DNA from: Anaerolineales bacterium UBA6092
Lineage (GTDB): Bacteria > Chloroflexota > Anaerolineae > Anaerolineales > UBA4823
NCBI GenBank assembly: GCA_002428565.1
Contig: DIXA01000036.1
Location: forward strand, 5,321 to 69,320
DNA length: 64,000 nt
Reading direction: 5' to 3'
The notes below the pieces were generated by a model that saw only the letters and a list, made by a program, of their open reading frames with translations, made no database searches and had not been told where the DNA came from. How positions within the stretch are numbered: position 1 is the first letter of the stretch; every line of letters starts with the position of its first letter. The position numbers and the translations under genes are program-made. Of this stretch, positions 8,465 to 18,120 are shown piece after piece.

Positions 8465-10042
8465 ATGCTCTCTCGCGTTCACTCTTGTGCAGTCATCGGC
8501 CTGGAAGGGGTCATCGTCGAGGTAGAAGTGGATACCGCTGACGGCCTGCCGGGCATCACCATCGTCGGGCTGCCGGATGCCGCCGTGCAGGAAGCGCGCG
8601 AGCGCGTCCAGGCGGCCATCAAGAACACGCATCTGCCCTACCCGCGCAAGCGCATCGTGGTCAACCTGGCCCCGGCTTCGGTGCGCAAAGAAGGCCCCAC
8701 CTACGATCTGCCCATCGCCCTGGGGGTACTGATCATGACCGGGCACATCCCGCAGGAGGCGGTGGACGGTGCGCTGGTGGTGGGCGAGCTTTCGCTGGAT
8801 GGCAGCGTGCGCCATGCGCGCGGTGTGCTGCCCATGGCAGCTACCGCCCGCCAGGAAGGCTTCCGGCGCATCTTCGTCCCCGAAGCCGATGCCGCCGAGG
8901 CGGCCCTGATCCCCGACCTGGAAGTGATCCCGGTGGCTTCGCTGGCGGGGCTGCACGCCCACCTCACCGGGACCGCCCGCATCGCCCCGCGTGACCCAAT
9001 CACCCCCGACGAACTGCCGGTCATCACGCAGACGGATTTCCGCGAGATCAAAGGGCAAGAGCACGTCAAGCGCGCCATGGAGGTGGCGGGCGCGGGTGGA
9101 CACAATATGCTCATGGTTGGCCCGCCCGGTTCAGGCAAAACGCTGCTGGCGCGGGCCATGCCGGGCATTTTGCCCAAGATGACGATTGACGAAGCCCTGG
9201 ATGTGACCCGCATCTACTCGGTGGCTGACCAACTGCCGCCGGATACCCCGCTGATCCAAAACCGCCCCTTCCGTTCCCCGCACCACACCATCAGCCACGC
9301 CGGGCTGGTGGGCGGCGGCAATCAGCCGCATCCTGGCGAGATCAGCCTGGCGCACCGCGGCGTGCTCTTTTTGGATGAGCTGCCCGAGTTTGGCATGCGT
9401 GTGCTGGAAGTGCTGCGCCAACCCATGGAAGACAAGGTGGTGACGATCAGCCGGGCGCAGGGTTCACTGACCTTCCCGGCCAATTTCCAGTTGATCGGCG
9501 CCATGAACCCCTGTCCTTGCGGTTATTTCAATGACGCCATCAAGCCCTGCACCTGCTCCTCCAGCACCGTCACCAAGTACCAGAAGCGCATCTCTGGGCC
9601 GCTGCTGGACCGCATTGATATCCACATCGAGGTGCCGCGGGTCGAATACGACAAGCTCAGCGACAGCCGTTTTGGCGAATCTTCGGCGGTGATCCAGGCG
9701 CGTGTCGAGGCGGCGCGGCAGTGCCAGCGCGAGCGTTTTTCCGTCGGGGCGAAGCATTCGCCGCATGACGCCACGCCAGACAGAACCTCTCTGGCGAATG
9801 CTTCGCCGGTACAATGCAATGCCGATATGCGCCCGGCGGAGGTGCGATCGTTCTGCGATCTGGATGATACCAGCCGCAGCCTGATGAAGACGGCGATGAA
9901 CCAGTTGCAGCTCAGTGCGCGGGCGTATCACCGGATATTGAAATTGGCGCGCACGATCGCAGATTTAGCGGGGAGTGAAACGATTGGCCCCAGCCATTTG
10001 GCGGAGGCGCTGCAGTATCGTCCGCGGGGGATGATGGGGTGA
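8465..10042 (+). CDS. comM: Mg-chelatase-like AAA+ helicase ComM/YifB
   Basis: N-terminal Lon-protease-like domain (HSCAVIGLEGVIVEVEVD). Walker A GPPGSGKT, Walker B VLFLDE, Zn-like CPCGY..C.C, and C-terminal [18 protein letters not shown]. Confidence 0.9.
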   Translation: MLSRVHSCAVIGLEGVIVEVEVDTADGLPGITIVGLPDAAVQEARERVQAAIKNTHLPYPRKRIVVNLAPASVRKEGPTYDLPIALGVLIMTGHIPQEAVDGALVVGELSLDGSVRHARGVLPMAATARQEGFRRIFVPEADAAEAALIPDLEVIPVASLAGLHAHLTGTARIAPRDPITPDELPVITQTDFREIKGQEHVKRAMEVAGAGGHNMLMVGPPGSGKTLLARAMPGILPKMTIDEALDVTRIYSVADQLPPDTPLIQNRPFRSPHHTISHAGLVGGGNQPHPGEISLAHRGVLFLDELPEFGMRVLEVLRQPMEDKVVTISRAQGSLTFPANFQLIGAMNPCPCGYFNDAIKPCTCSSSTVTKYQKRISGPLLDRIDIHIEVPRVEYDKLSDSRFGESSAVIQARVEAARQCQRERFSVGAKHSPHDATPDRTSLANASPVQCNADMRPAEVRSFCDLDDTSRSLMKTAMNQLQLSARAYHRILKLARTIADLAGSETIGPSHLAEALQYRPRGMMG

Positions 10043-10055
10043 CCCATGTGCGCCG

Positions 10056-10122
10056 CAGTATTTGATCAAAGCGATGTTCGAAAAAGATTGCGCCGCGGCG
10101 GTGTGCATGGGGTTAGGGCACC
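10056..10122 (+). repeat. short copy (S1) of the junction repeat family
   Basis: CAGTATTTGATCAAAGCGATGTTCGAAAAAGATTGCGCCGCGGCGGTGTGCATGGGG... starts 14 nt after the comM stop. It matches the right end of L1, L2 and L3. Confidence 0.7.
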
Positions 10123-10179
10123 ATAAGAGGGGGGTGTGGGCTGCTGCTATCGACAGGGTTGTCCCCTTTTTGCTTCGAT

Positions 10180-10980
10180 TTATTGCACGTGATACATTTT
10201 CCAACTGCGGCGCGGGGTGTAGCCCAATTTTAGCGCCAGGCGCATGGAGATGTCGTTGGCAGCATCCCATTGGGGCTCGAGGCCATTTTCCAGGCAGTAT
10301 TCAAGCAGGGCAACACTCAACTGCGTCCCCAGGCCCTTTTGGCGATGGCGTGGATCATCGTTATAATCCACCCGAATATACACCTCCAGGACATTGTTAC
10401 GGATAGGGTAGTTCGCGGCAGCAAAGCCAATGATTTTTTCGTCTTCCAATAGGCAGAAACCGGCCCCTTGCTGTAAAAAGTCTGCCAAGGCAAAAAACTT
10501 GCTGAGCAAATCTTGAGATAACATGCCTTGCTGATCATTGACGTGGGACGCTTCAATCGGAACTATGCGCAAGCCGGCAGGCAGCTCAGTTTTCAGGCTG
10601 CGCAGGTGCTCCAGGCTGAGTGAAGATGCATCGAAGCTGGTGCGCGGGCAGGCTTGCAGTTTTTCACCAAAATAAGCCACAAGATGGCGCTCCCATTGTT
10701 CGCTGGAGGGTACCAGCCATCGATCCGCGAGAATCAGTTCGAGCAAGGGGGTCACATCTTTGGTATCGGGGTCTCCCCACAGAAAATAGGCCGGGGGCGT
10801 ATAAAAACTGGCCAGGGTTGGTTCAATTTCCGTATCCACCCAAATTTCGGGAGTGAGAAACTCAAAGGCAAATTGGATATAGTTGGTGAAGTGTTCAAAT
10901 TGATTGAACACGGCCTGATATGTGGAGTTTTTGGCCTGCGCCACTTTAACGAACGGGGTCGGTGCTGTAATGCTCATCAT
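10180..10980 (-). CDS. GNAT family N-acetyltransferase
   Basis: The C-terminal acetyl-CoA pocket region (RRQKGLGTQL, in the Q/RxxGxG/A style) sits within a GNAT-length domain. Confidence 0.7.
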   Translation of the reverse strand: MMSITAPTPFVKVAQAKNSTYQAVFNQFEHFTNYIQFAFEFLTPEIWVDTEIEPTLASFYTPPAYFLWGDPDTKDVTPLLELILADRWLVPSSEQWERHLVAYFGEKLQACPRTSFDASSLSLEHLRSLKTELPAGLRIVPIEASHVNDQQGMLSQDLLSKFFALADFLQQGAGFCLLEDEKIIGFAAANYPIRNNVLEVYIRVDYNDDPRHRQKGLGTQLSVALLEYCLENGLEPQWDAANDISMRLALKLGYTPRRSWKMYHVQ

Positions 10981-11004
10981 TTTCTCTCTTTCTGTTAGAA
11001 CGTG

Positions 11005-13143
11005 CTAAGGTTTCAGGAGGGTGATCACTTCCGTACTGACCCAGTAGAGGTCGCCTTTGTAAACGTAAAACAGGTACTTGCCATCTGGGGAGATGGTTGC
11101 AATCGACGCGCTGGTGGGGATACCCTGGCGCTGTAAACTTTTAGGGGCGCTCCAGCCTCCATCTGCCTGGAGGAAGCGGACCCCCAGGTTGGCATTGCCA
11201 TCATCGTAGACCAGATAGCTGCCATCCGGGGCAATCGCCGGGTGGACGCCGTCGCATTGGTTTTCAAAGGCAGTAAATTGCCCATTTGCCAGTGTAACCA
11301 GGCTCAGGCTTGGCCTGCCGCTGGTGGAAAAGCTGGTGACGTAGATTTGTCCGCTTGAATCTGAGCTGACAAACATTCCCTCCCCAACATAGCGAGGCTC
11401 TGACCATCCCTCAGCGGTGCGATCTACCGCCCAAATGCCGGCATCCATGGTACTGGTTACCCCGGCAGGCGCGGGGCGGAACCAGCCAAAATAAAGGGTT
11501 TTGTTGTCGGCAGTGACGTGGGGCTCGAAGGCGGGGTAGCCAGCCGCAAAAGAAGCGGGAGCCGGGGCCGTCCAAACGCCATTGAGCAGGTGCGTCTCAT
11601 AAAGCACATTCTCTTGCCCGTCCAGGCGCCGCGTGAAATAAAGTTCTTTGCCATCCGGGGAAAAGCTGGCGGCAAACTCTGTGGCCCCTTCCATAGAGAC
11701 GATACCCGGCGCAAAGACCTGCGGTGTCAGCCCGGGTGGGGTCTGCCCCAGGTAGGCGCTCCCATTCATGCCAACATCCACTTTCATCAGGTAGATTTCA
11801 AATTGCCGGGTGAGTCGCGAACCGACCAGCAGGCAACTGCCATCATCCAGTTGCAGCCAACTGCGCAAAACATTGTGCTGTCCGGCTGGTTTAATCGTCC
11901 TTTCCCAAACCAACTGTCCACCAGCGTCTATTCTGGCGATCGAGATCAAGCCCGGCGAACGCCCAGACAGATCTTTGACCCAATCCCCAGCCGCAATATA
12001 CCCGCCGTCGGCGGTTTGGGTGACCACCATAGGGTAATCTACCATTGTGGGGTCTCCAAATTGGCTGCTCCAGACTTCATTGCCTTGCTGATCCACTTTG
12101 ATCAACAGGAAATCGACCATGGCGTGAGCCGTGTCATCGGCAGGTGCAACCGATGCGGCGATGAGATACTGGCCGTCGGCGGTGCGCAGCAGGTCAGAGG
12201 CTGAGATGGTCCCCTCTTCCCAGGTGCGCTCCCACACAATTTCACCATTCCTATCCACCTTGAGCAAGTAGGCATCGTCTCCTGGCTGCGGGAAGCGCAG
12301 GAGCGAGGCCACGACGACAAAACCGCCATCCGTTGCCTCCACGCCGCCGCTGGTCAGCAGGTTGTTCTGCCCCCCAAAGGTCTGAGACCAAACCAGGCCA
12401 CCTGCGGAGTCTACTTTGGCCAGGTAAATATTACTGCGCCCGGCATAGCCGCCATAGCCAGCCGCGCCGGGGTCGGCAACAATATCGTCAGGATCAACAA
12501 CGTTGCCCCACAGCATGAAACTGCCGTCAGCAAGGGCGCACACAGAGACCATTTCATCCAGTGTGCTGCCATAGGTGTTTGACCAGATTTCATTGCCTTG
12601 CAGGTCAACTTTGACGAGGTAGGCATCCGCGCCGCCCGCGCCAGAAGATCTGGTCATCCCGGCCAGCAGCAGGTTCCCATCGCTGGTATGGGCAATCGAG
12701 AGGCCTTCTTCGGCTTTTTCGCCGCCGTAGGTTTTCTCCCAAAGCACCTCCCCGTTTTCATCCGTGCGAATCAGGTAGATGTCGCCGCTGTTGCCTGCCC
12801 CAGACATATCCAGCCCAGCCGTGCCCACAATGTAAAAGCCGCCGTCTTCGGCCACCAGCACGTCTTCACCCATGTCGGCTGCCGTTTTGTGATAGATCCG
12901 ATCCCAGAGAATGCTCGGAATTTCGGGGGTGGGGATGGCGGTGGGTGGGAGTGTGGCAGTCGGCGGTGCGGAGGTTGCTGTGGGCGGAATCGCAGTGAGG
13001 GTCGGGGGAACTGCTGTATTGGCCGGAGGAACTGCTGTATTGGTTGGGGGAACCACTGTAGGGGTGGGGGTTGATGTCGGTGCGCAGCTGGTGAGCAGGC
13101 TCAACAAGATGACCAAAATGGCAAACTGTCTAATGTATCTCAT
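11005..13143 (-). CDS. secreted lipoprotein with beta-propeller repeats
   Basis: Lipobox LLTSC. Pro/Thr repeat linker (PTNTAVPPANTAVPPT). Repeated G..(V/I)W motifs and a TolB/PD40-like C-terminal part (SPDGK.LYF). Confidence 0.75.
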   Translation of the reverse strand: MRYIRQFAILVILLSLLTSCAPTSTPTPTVVPPTNTAVPPANTAVPPTLTAIPPTATSAPPTATLPPTAIPTPEIPSILWDRIYHKTAADMGEDVLVAEDGGFYIVGTAGLDMSGAGNSGDIYLIRTDENGEVLWEKTYGGEKAEEGLSIAHTSDGNLLLAGMTRSSGAGGADAYLVKVDLQGNEIWSNTYGSTLDEMVSVCALADGSFMLWGNVVDPDDIVADPGAAGYGGYAGRSNIYLAKVDSAGGLVWSQTFGGQNNLLTSGGVEATDGGFVVVASLLRFPQPGDDAYLLKVDRNGEIVWERTWEEGTISASDLLRTADGQYLIAASVAPADDTAHAMVDFLLIKVDQQGNEVWSSQFGDPTMVDYPMVVTQTADGGYIAAGDWVKDLSGRSPGLISIARIDAGGQLVWERTIKPAGQHNVLRSWLQLDDGSCLLVGSRLTRQFEIYLMKVDVGMNGSAYLGQTPPGLTPQVFAPGIVSMEGATEFAASFSPDGKELYFTRRLDGQENVLYETHLLNGVWTAPAPASFAAGYPAFEPHVTADNKTLYFGWFRPAPAGVTSTMDAGIWAVDRTAEGWSEPRYVGEGMFVSSDSSGQIYVTSFSTSGRPSLSLVTLANGQFTAFENQCDGVHPAIAPDGSYLVYDDGNANLGVRFLQADGGWSAPKSLQRQGIPTSASIATISPDGKYLFYVYKGDLYWVSTEVITLLKP

Positions 13144-15511
13144 GATTTCCTTTTCTCCTGATTGTTACGGCGCTGGCTGCCGGGGCGGTTGACGCAGTTG
13201 GCGCCGGCGCCCAGGTGGCCGCTGCGTCATATCCTTTGCCGTCAGTTAACGCGGTGAGCGTATCGGAGGCCAGATCGTAAACCCATAGTGTGCTTTTCGG
13301 CCAGCGATTGGAGTAAATGGAGCGGCCGGAATGGCCCGTCGAGATGAGCACTTGCTTCCCGTCCGGCGAGTATTCCAGGCCTTCCAGATATTCGGCAACT
13401 AAAGCAGTGCGCCTGAACTGGCCGGTAGATACGGTAACGAGATACAGGCTGGCATCCTGCCCATTTTTTGTCTTTCCAAAGACGGCGATCGATGTCCCAT
13501 CCGGCGACCAAACAGCAAGCTCCGGCGTGGTATCTGCTGGCAATGGGCCAACGGGGCGCGACGTGCCGTCCAGCTTCACAATCAAAACCTGCTCGGACTG
13601 TGCAGAGACAACGACAATCTCCGTCCCGTCCGGCGACCAGGCTGCCGAGAGGAGGTCGCGATATACTTCGCGGATTTCCCCGTTCGAGAGGGATAATACG
13701 TAGGCGTTATGCGCTCGGATGGACTCGTCCGGCGACACATCCTCGATCAGGATTTGCTCCCCGTTGGATGCCCATTCCACTGCACCGGCTATCCAGTCGA
13801 GTGGGAATGCTTGCTCGACGCCGCTCCCATCGCTGCGCAGGATGGTCACGACGCTGCGCTTGTCGCTTGTGCCGGCGACGGGGTGGACGGCGGCGACGGC
13901 CAGGCGCGTTCCATCGGGCGACCAGGTTGGGTCTATCCAGGGGTACGCCAACAGCGTCTCTGTGACACCCGCACTGAGTTCGATCGGCGCAGCACCATCG
14001 AGCCCCGCGCTCCAGACTTCCAGTGGACCGTGCCGGTCGCCGCTCAGGCCGTTGGGAACCACTATGTAGGCGATCCTTTGGCCGTCCGGCGACCACACCG
14101 GGCGCAGGCAGGTATCCCTTGGCTTGCCCCCCGCCAGCCAGCGTTGGTTGGAGCCATCGGCGTTCATCACATAGATCGCAGGCTTGCCATCCCGGTCGGA
14201 GAGAAAGGCGATCAGGCCGGCGCCGTTATCGCCCAGGGGCTGCGTGGTTGTCACGCTGGCGGTCGGCACCGGCGCCCAAGCGCCATGTGAGTCATATCCT
14301 TTGCCGTCGGTTAACTCGGTGAGTGTGTCGGAGGCCAGATCGTAAACCCATAGCGACCTTCTCAGCCAGCTACTGGAGTAACTGGAGCGGCCAGGATGGG
14401 CTGCCGAGACGAGCAGTTGGCTTCCGTCCGGCGAGTATTCCAGGCCGTCCAGAGATTCGGCGACCAAAGCAATGCGCCTGACCTGGCCGGTGGATACGGT
14501 AACGAGATACAGGCTGGCCTCCTGCCTATTATTTGTCGTTCCAAAGATGGCAATAGCAGTCCCATCCGGCGACCAAACGGCAAGCTCCGGCGTCGTATCT
14601 GCTGGCAATGGGCCAACGGGGCGCGATGTGCCGTCCAGCTTCACAATCAAAACCTGCTCGGACTGTGCAGAGACAACGACAATCTCCATCCCATCCGGCG
14701 ACCAGGCCGCCGAGAGTAGGTCGCGATATACTTCGCGGATTTCCCCGTTCGAGAGGGATAATACGTAGGCGTTATGCGCTCGGATGGACTCGTCCGGCGA
14801 CATATCCTCGATCAGGATTTGCTCCCCGTTGGATGCCCATTCCACTGCACCGGCTATCCAGTCGAGTGGGAATGCTTGCTCGACGCCGCTCCCATCGCTG
14901 CGCAGGATGGTCACGACGCTGCGCTTGTCGCTTGTGCCGGCGACGGGGTGGACGGCGGCGACGGCCAGGCGCGTTCCATCGGGCGACCAGGTTGGGTCTA
15001 TCCAGGGGTACGCCAGCAGCGTCTCTGTGACACCCGCACTGAGTTCAACCGGCGCAGCGCCATCGAACCCCACGCTCCAGACTTCCAGCGGACCGTGCAG
15101 GTCGCTCAGGCCGTTGGGAACCACCATGTAGGCGATCCTTTGGCCGTCCGGCGACCACACCGGGGGCAGGCAGACACCCCTTGTCTTCCCTTCCGCCAGC
15201 CGGCGTTGGTTGGAGCCATCGGCGTTCATCACATAGATCGCAGGCTTACCATCCCGGTCAGAGAGAAAGGCGATCAGGCCGGCACTGTTATCGCCGAGAG
15301 GCGGTGTGGCTGTCACGCTGGCGGTCGGCGCCGGCGTGGCCGTGGCCGTGGGCGTAGCCGTAGCCGTGGCCACGATAGGCTGGCTGGTAGGGGTGGGCAA
15401 AACGTTGGGCGCCGTGGCGGTGGATGTGGGCGCAGGGTCTGCTTTACTGCAACCAGTCACGATCATCCCTATCAGTAATATGATGAGCATTGTTCGCAAT
15501 CGATTTGGCAT
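13130..15511 (-). CDS. PD40/TolB-like beta-propeller lipoprotein containing an internal 355-aa tandem duplication
   Basis: Lipobox IVTGC. DGKPAIYVMNADGSNQR and WSPDG repeats. The two halves are near-identical. Confidence 0.8.
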   Translation of the reverse strand: MPNRLRTMLIILLIGMIVTGCSKADPAPTSTATAPNVLPTPTSQPIVATATATPTATATPAPTASVTATPPLGDNSAGLIAFLSDRDGKPAIYVMNADGSNQRRLAEGKTRGVCLPPVWSPDGQRIAYMVVPNGLSDLHGPLEVWSVGFDGAAPVELSAGVTETLLAYPWIDPTWSPDGTRLAVAAVHPVAGTSDKRSVVTILRSDGSGVEQAFPLDWIAGAVEWASNGEQILIEDMSPDESIRAHNAYVLSLSNGEIREVYRDLLSAAWSPDGMEIVVVSAQSEQVLIVKLDGTSRPVGPLPADTTPELAVWSPDGTAIAIFGTTNNRQEASLYLVTVSTGQVRRIALVAESLDGLEYSPDGSQLLVSAAHPGRSSYSSSWLRRSLWVYDLASDTLTELTDGKGYDSHGAWAPVPTASVTTTQPLGDNGAGLIAFLSDRDGKPAIYVMNADGSNQRWLAGGKPRDTCLRPVWSPDGQRIAYIVVPNGLSGDRHGPLEVWSAGLDGAAPIELSAGVTETLLAYPWIDPTWSPDGTRLAVAAVHPVAGTSDKRSVVTILRSDGSGVEQAFPLDWIAGAVEWASNGEQILIEDVSPDESIRAHNAYVLSLSNGEIREVYRDLLSAAWSPDGTEIVVVSAQSEQVLIVKLDGTSRPVGPLPADTTPELAVWSPDGTSIAVFGKTKNGQDASLYLVTVSTGQFRRTALVAEYLEGLEYSPDGKQVLISTGHSGRSIYSNRWPKSTLWVYDLASDTLTALTDGKGYDAAATWAPAPTASTAPAASAVTIRRKGNHEIH
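13226..15333. repeat. 2 x ~1065-bp direct tandem repeat inside the CDS
   Basis: The sequence at about 13226-14268 recurs at about 14291-15333. For example, the spurious ORFs starting at 13709 and 14774 are 1065 nt apart and begin with identical peptides. Long stretches are identical. Confidence 0.85.
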
Positions 15512-15523
15512 TTCCTGTCTCCT

Positions 15524-16648
15524 TTATCGATTAATACCCCACAAAATAATCGCCTGACCTTTATTGGCGCTGGACGCCAACAGTAAACCATCCGGCGAGA
15601 ACGCAAGAAAATAAATATACTCGTCATGACTATCGAGGGTGCGCAGTTCTTCCCCGCTCTTTGCATCCCATAACTTAATCAATCCATCCGCGCTTGCCGA
15701 GGCCAGGATGGTGCCATCGGGCGACAGCGCCAAGCCATAAACGTAACTCCTGTGACCGCTGAGCGTGCGTATTGCCTGTCCACTCTCGATATCCCAAAAT
15801 TTTATCGTTAAATCGCCGCTCGACGAGATAAGCTGGCTGCCATCTGAGGTAAAAACCAGGTTATACACATTGCCGCGATGTCCGTTGAGCGTACGCAGCT
15901 CCTGCCGGCTTTCTATATCCCAGAGGGTGATATCTGTGTTGCCCTCCGTATTTCCTGAGGCCAGCAACGCGCTATTGGGGGAGAAAGCTAAACTGCCGAT
16001 TGGGCTATTGGGCGCTTGAAGGGTGTACAACTCTTGTCCGTTGTTTACATCCCAGACGGTAATCGTACCTTCCAGATCTCCGCACGCCAACAGTCCGCCA
16101 TCAGGTGAGAAGGCAATCTTCATAATGAACGTTTTGCGTTGGCTGAGGGTTTGGATGAGCTGCCCGTTGTTCACAGCCCAGATCCCGATCGTGTTATCAG
16201 GATTACCCACCGCCAGCAGGCTGCCGTTTGGAGAGAAGGCCACGTTGTACACGCGTGCTGCCGGTTCCGTCAGGGTATCCATTTTCAGGCCAGTTTGGAT
16301 ATCCCACAGCGTTAAAACGAGATCGCCGCTCAGGGATGCCAGGTGAGCCGTATTCGGTAAAAAGACCAGGCCGGTTACCCCATCTTTGTGCCCAGCGAGG
16401 GTTGCCAAGGCTTCAATCTGAGCCACATTGGATAATGAAATTGCTTCTCGTTCAGGATCTGCGCTTGGTGTGACCGAGGGTGCAGGTGAAACAACAGGAG
16501 CAGTGGTCGGTGTGGCTATTGGTAAGAAAGCGGGTGGAACCGGTGTGGCCGTGGCGGAGGGCGGCGTTGGGGTAGCGTTGGGTTGGCAGCCGACCGTCAA
16601 AATGGAGCAGAGAGTTAGTATCAAAACCAGGCGAGAGAGTGTGGACAT
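15524..16648 (-). CDS. WD40-repeat lipoprotein
   Basis: Lipobox LTVGC and a Pro/Thr linker. Seven repeats of the form GH...V..LAFSPDG..LAS...D.TI.LWD. Confidence 0.85.
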   Translation of the reverse strand: MSTLSRLVLILTLCSILTVGCQPNATPTPPSATATPVPPAFLPIATPTTAPVVSPAPSVTPSADPEREAISLSNVAQIEALATLAGHKDGVTGLVFLPNTAHLASLSGDLVLTLWDIQTGLKMDTLTEPAARVYNVAFSPNGSLLAVGNPDNTIGIWAVNNGQLIQTLSQRKTFIMKIAFSPDGGLLACGDLEGTITVWDVNNGQELYTLQAPNSPIGSLAFSPNSALLASGNTEGNTDITLWDIESRQELRTLNGHRGNVYNLVFTSDGSQLISSSGDLTIKFWDIESGQAIRTLSGHRSYVYGLALSPDGTILASASADGLIKLWDAKSGEELRTLDSHDEYIYFLAFSPDGLLLASSANKGQAIILWGINR

Positions 16649-16743
16649 AGTTTTTCCTTTGGGTACAGAATCAGCCGGGCGGGCAGGAAAGCATTTGTAT
16701 CTGTCACGGCGGCATTTGTGGGTGCAACGCGCTTTCCGTCATG

Positions 16744-18015
16744 CTATTTTTCCCCGGCGCGAAGTTCCTTCTCCAGTGTGACAAATTCGCTGACTGTGGT
16801 CATTCCAACCTTTTGATAGAGCCTGGTGGCGCCTGTGACATTAGCGGCGTCTACACCCAGGCCGATGGTCTGGGTGCCGCGCCGGTAGAATTCGCCAAAC
16901 GAGCGGTGGAGCAAGGCCAATCCCAGCTTTTGGGCGCGCCAGGCCGGGCGGACAGCCAGAATGTGGATCCAGCCAATGCCCATCCGATATTGGTTGATGG
17001 CGAAACCGGCTACCTGGCTGCCATCCCAGATCACGACCCACAAGGTGGGGTCATATTCGGGGTTTTCAAAGGTGTAGTAAGAGAACTCGTCAAAGCTCAG
17101 TTGGTGGCTGCCCCAATTGGTCTGAAAGGCTTCGTTGCGCGCCTGCCAGATGGCGGTGGCGTGTTCATCCTTGACAAAGGGGCGAAACTCCAGCCCCTCC
17201 GGCAGCACCGGCGTGGGGGGCGCGGCCTTGAGGTCAATGCCCATGCGCCAGTGATAGCGCACCGGGGTGTAGCCTGCCTGCGCCAGGATGGCCTTGCCCG
17301 CCTCGTCTTTGTTGTCTAACGCCACACGGATGAAGACCCGTTGTTCGGGTGCGGCCAGTGGCACATGCTGCGCCCGGGTGCGGCTTTCCAACGCGCCCAG
17401 CAGGGCGGCTTCAACGCCCAGCCCCTTGAAGTGAGGATGAACATAGATGTCGCCGCTCATCTCACAGTGTTGACTGATGTCGAAGACCGCACCATACCCC
17501 ACCAGGCGTCCGGCCTGGGTCTGGATCAGGAAAGCGTCCTGTTCGGGGTCAAAACCCTCATATTCCCATTCGTTTTTCAGGTCTTCGGGCGTTACTGCCG
17601 TACTGGTATCACCTTCGGCTTCGCAAATCTCATAAATCAACTGTGCGATAGCCTGTAAGTCAGTCCGCTGGACGGCGTGCAGGATCAGCGAAGCGTTGAG
17701 AGGCATAGTTGGCGAGGTTGGGGTGGCCATGCTGCGTTCTCCTGTATTGCTGGGTGAAGGCGCTATGTTTTTCTTCTCCACCGGTTGGATGGAGACCAGG
17801 ATCAGACCCAGGTCGCGGATGCGACCGAGAATGCCGTGCAAAGCAGCCTGGTCGGGGACGGAGCCGGTCAAGAGGCTGTCATCGCCGTTGGGGGTAATGA
17901 CAAATTCCTCGAACCAATCCGACCAGCATGGGTCGAGCTGACCTTTGATACAAACCTGGTAACAGGCAGGTTCTTGCGAACGGAAAGCGGTTTCCTGACT
18001 CAAGGTGTTTGGCAT
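16744..18015 (-). CDS. double-GNAT acetyltransferase (mycothiol-synthase-like architecture) with small N-terminal domain
   Basis: Two GNAT cores (VHPHFKGLGVEAALL and VRPAWRAQKLGLALL). They are preceded by an 80-aa domain (DQAALHGILGRIRDLGLILVSI). Confidence 0.7.
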   Translation of the reverse strand: MPNTLSQETAFRSQEPACYQVCIKGQLDPCWSDWFEEFVITPNGDDSLLTGSVPDQAALHGILGRIRDLGLILVSIQPVEKKNIAPSPSNTGERSMATPTSPTMPLNASLILHAVQRTDLQAIAQLIYEICEAEGDTSTAVTPEDLKNEWEYEGFDPEQDAFLIQTQAGRLVGYGAVFDISQHCEMSGDIYVHPHFKGLGVEAALLGALESRTRAQHVPLAAPEQRVFIRVALDNKDEAGKAILAQAGYTPVRYHWRMGIDLKAAPPTPVLPEGLEFRPFVKDEHATAIWQARNEAFQTNWGSHQLSFDEFSYYTFENPEYDPTLWVVIWDGSQVAGFAINQYRMGIGWIHILAVRPAWRAQKLGLALLHRSFGEFYRRGTQTIGLGVDAANVTGATRLYQKVGMTTVSEFVTLEKELRAGEK

Positions 18016-18120
18016 GGCGCAAGAATACCCCCAACCAGGTGTATTGTCATCACCAAGTGGGTGAGGCAGGTGGGTGAATTAGCAAAAACGATCAGGGGTG
18101 TGCGGTACTGCCAGGGATGA

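Noticed and set aside
8399-9103. Numerous long antisense or overlapping ORFs in the track (for example 8399-9103, 5394-6320, 19747-20490, 25810-26742, 47081-48181, 14774-15478)
   Set aside because: Each lies opposite or out of frame to a gene with clear catalytic motifs. Their Arg/Gly/Ala/Pro-rich translations are typical of high-GC shadow frames.
13226-15333. Possible CRISPR array or other interspaced repeat (also considered for the modules at 4727-5062)
   Set aside because: The 1,065-bp units are coding and contiguous. The 55-nt modules are imperfect and irregularly spaced (183 and 99 nt), and no cas genes are present. Neither is a CRISPR array.
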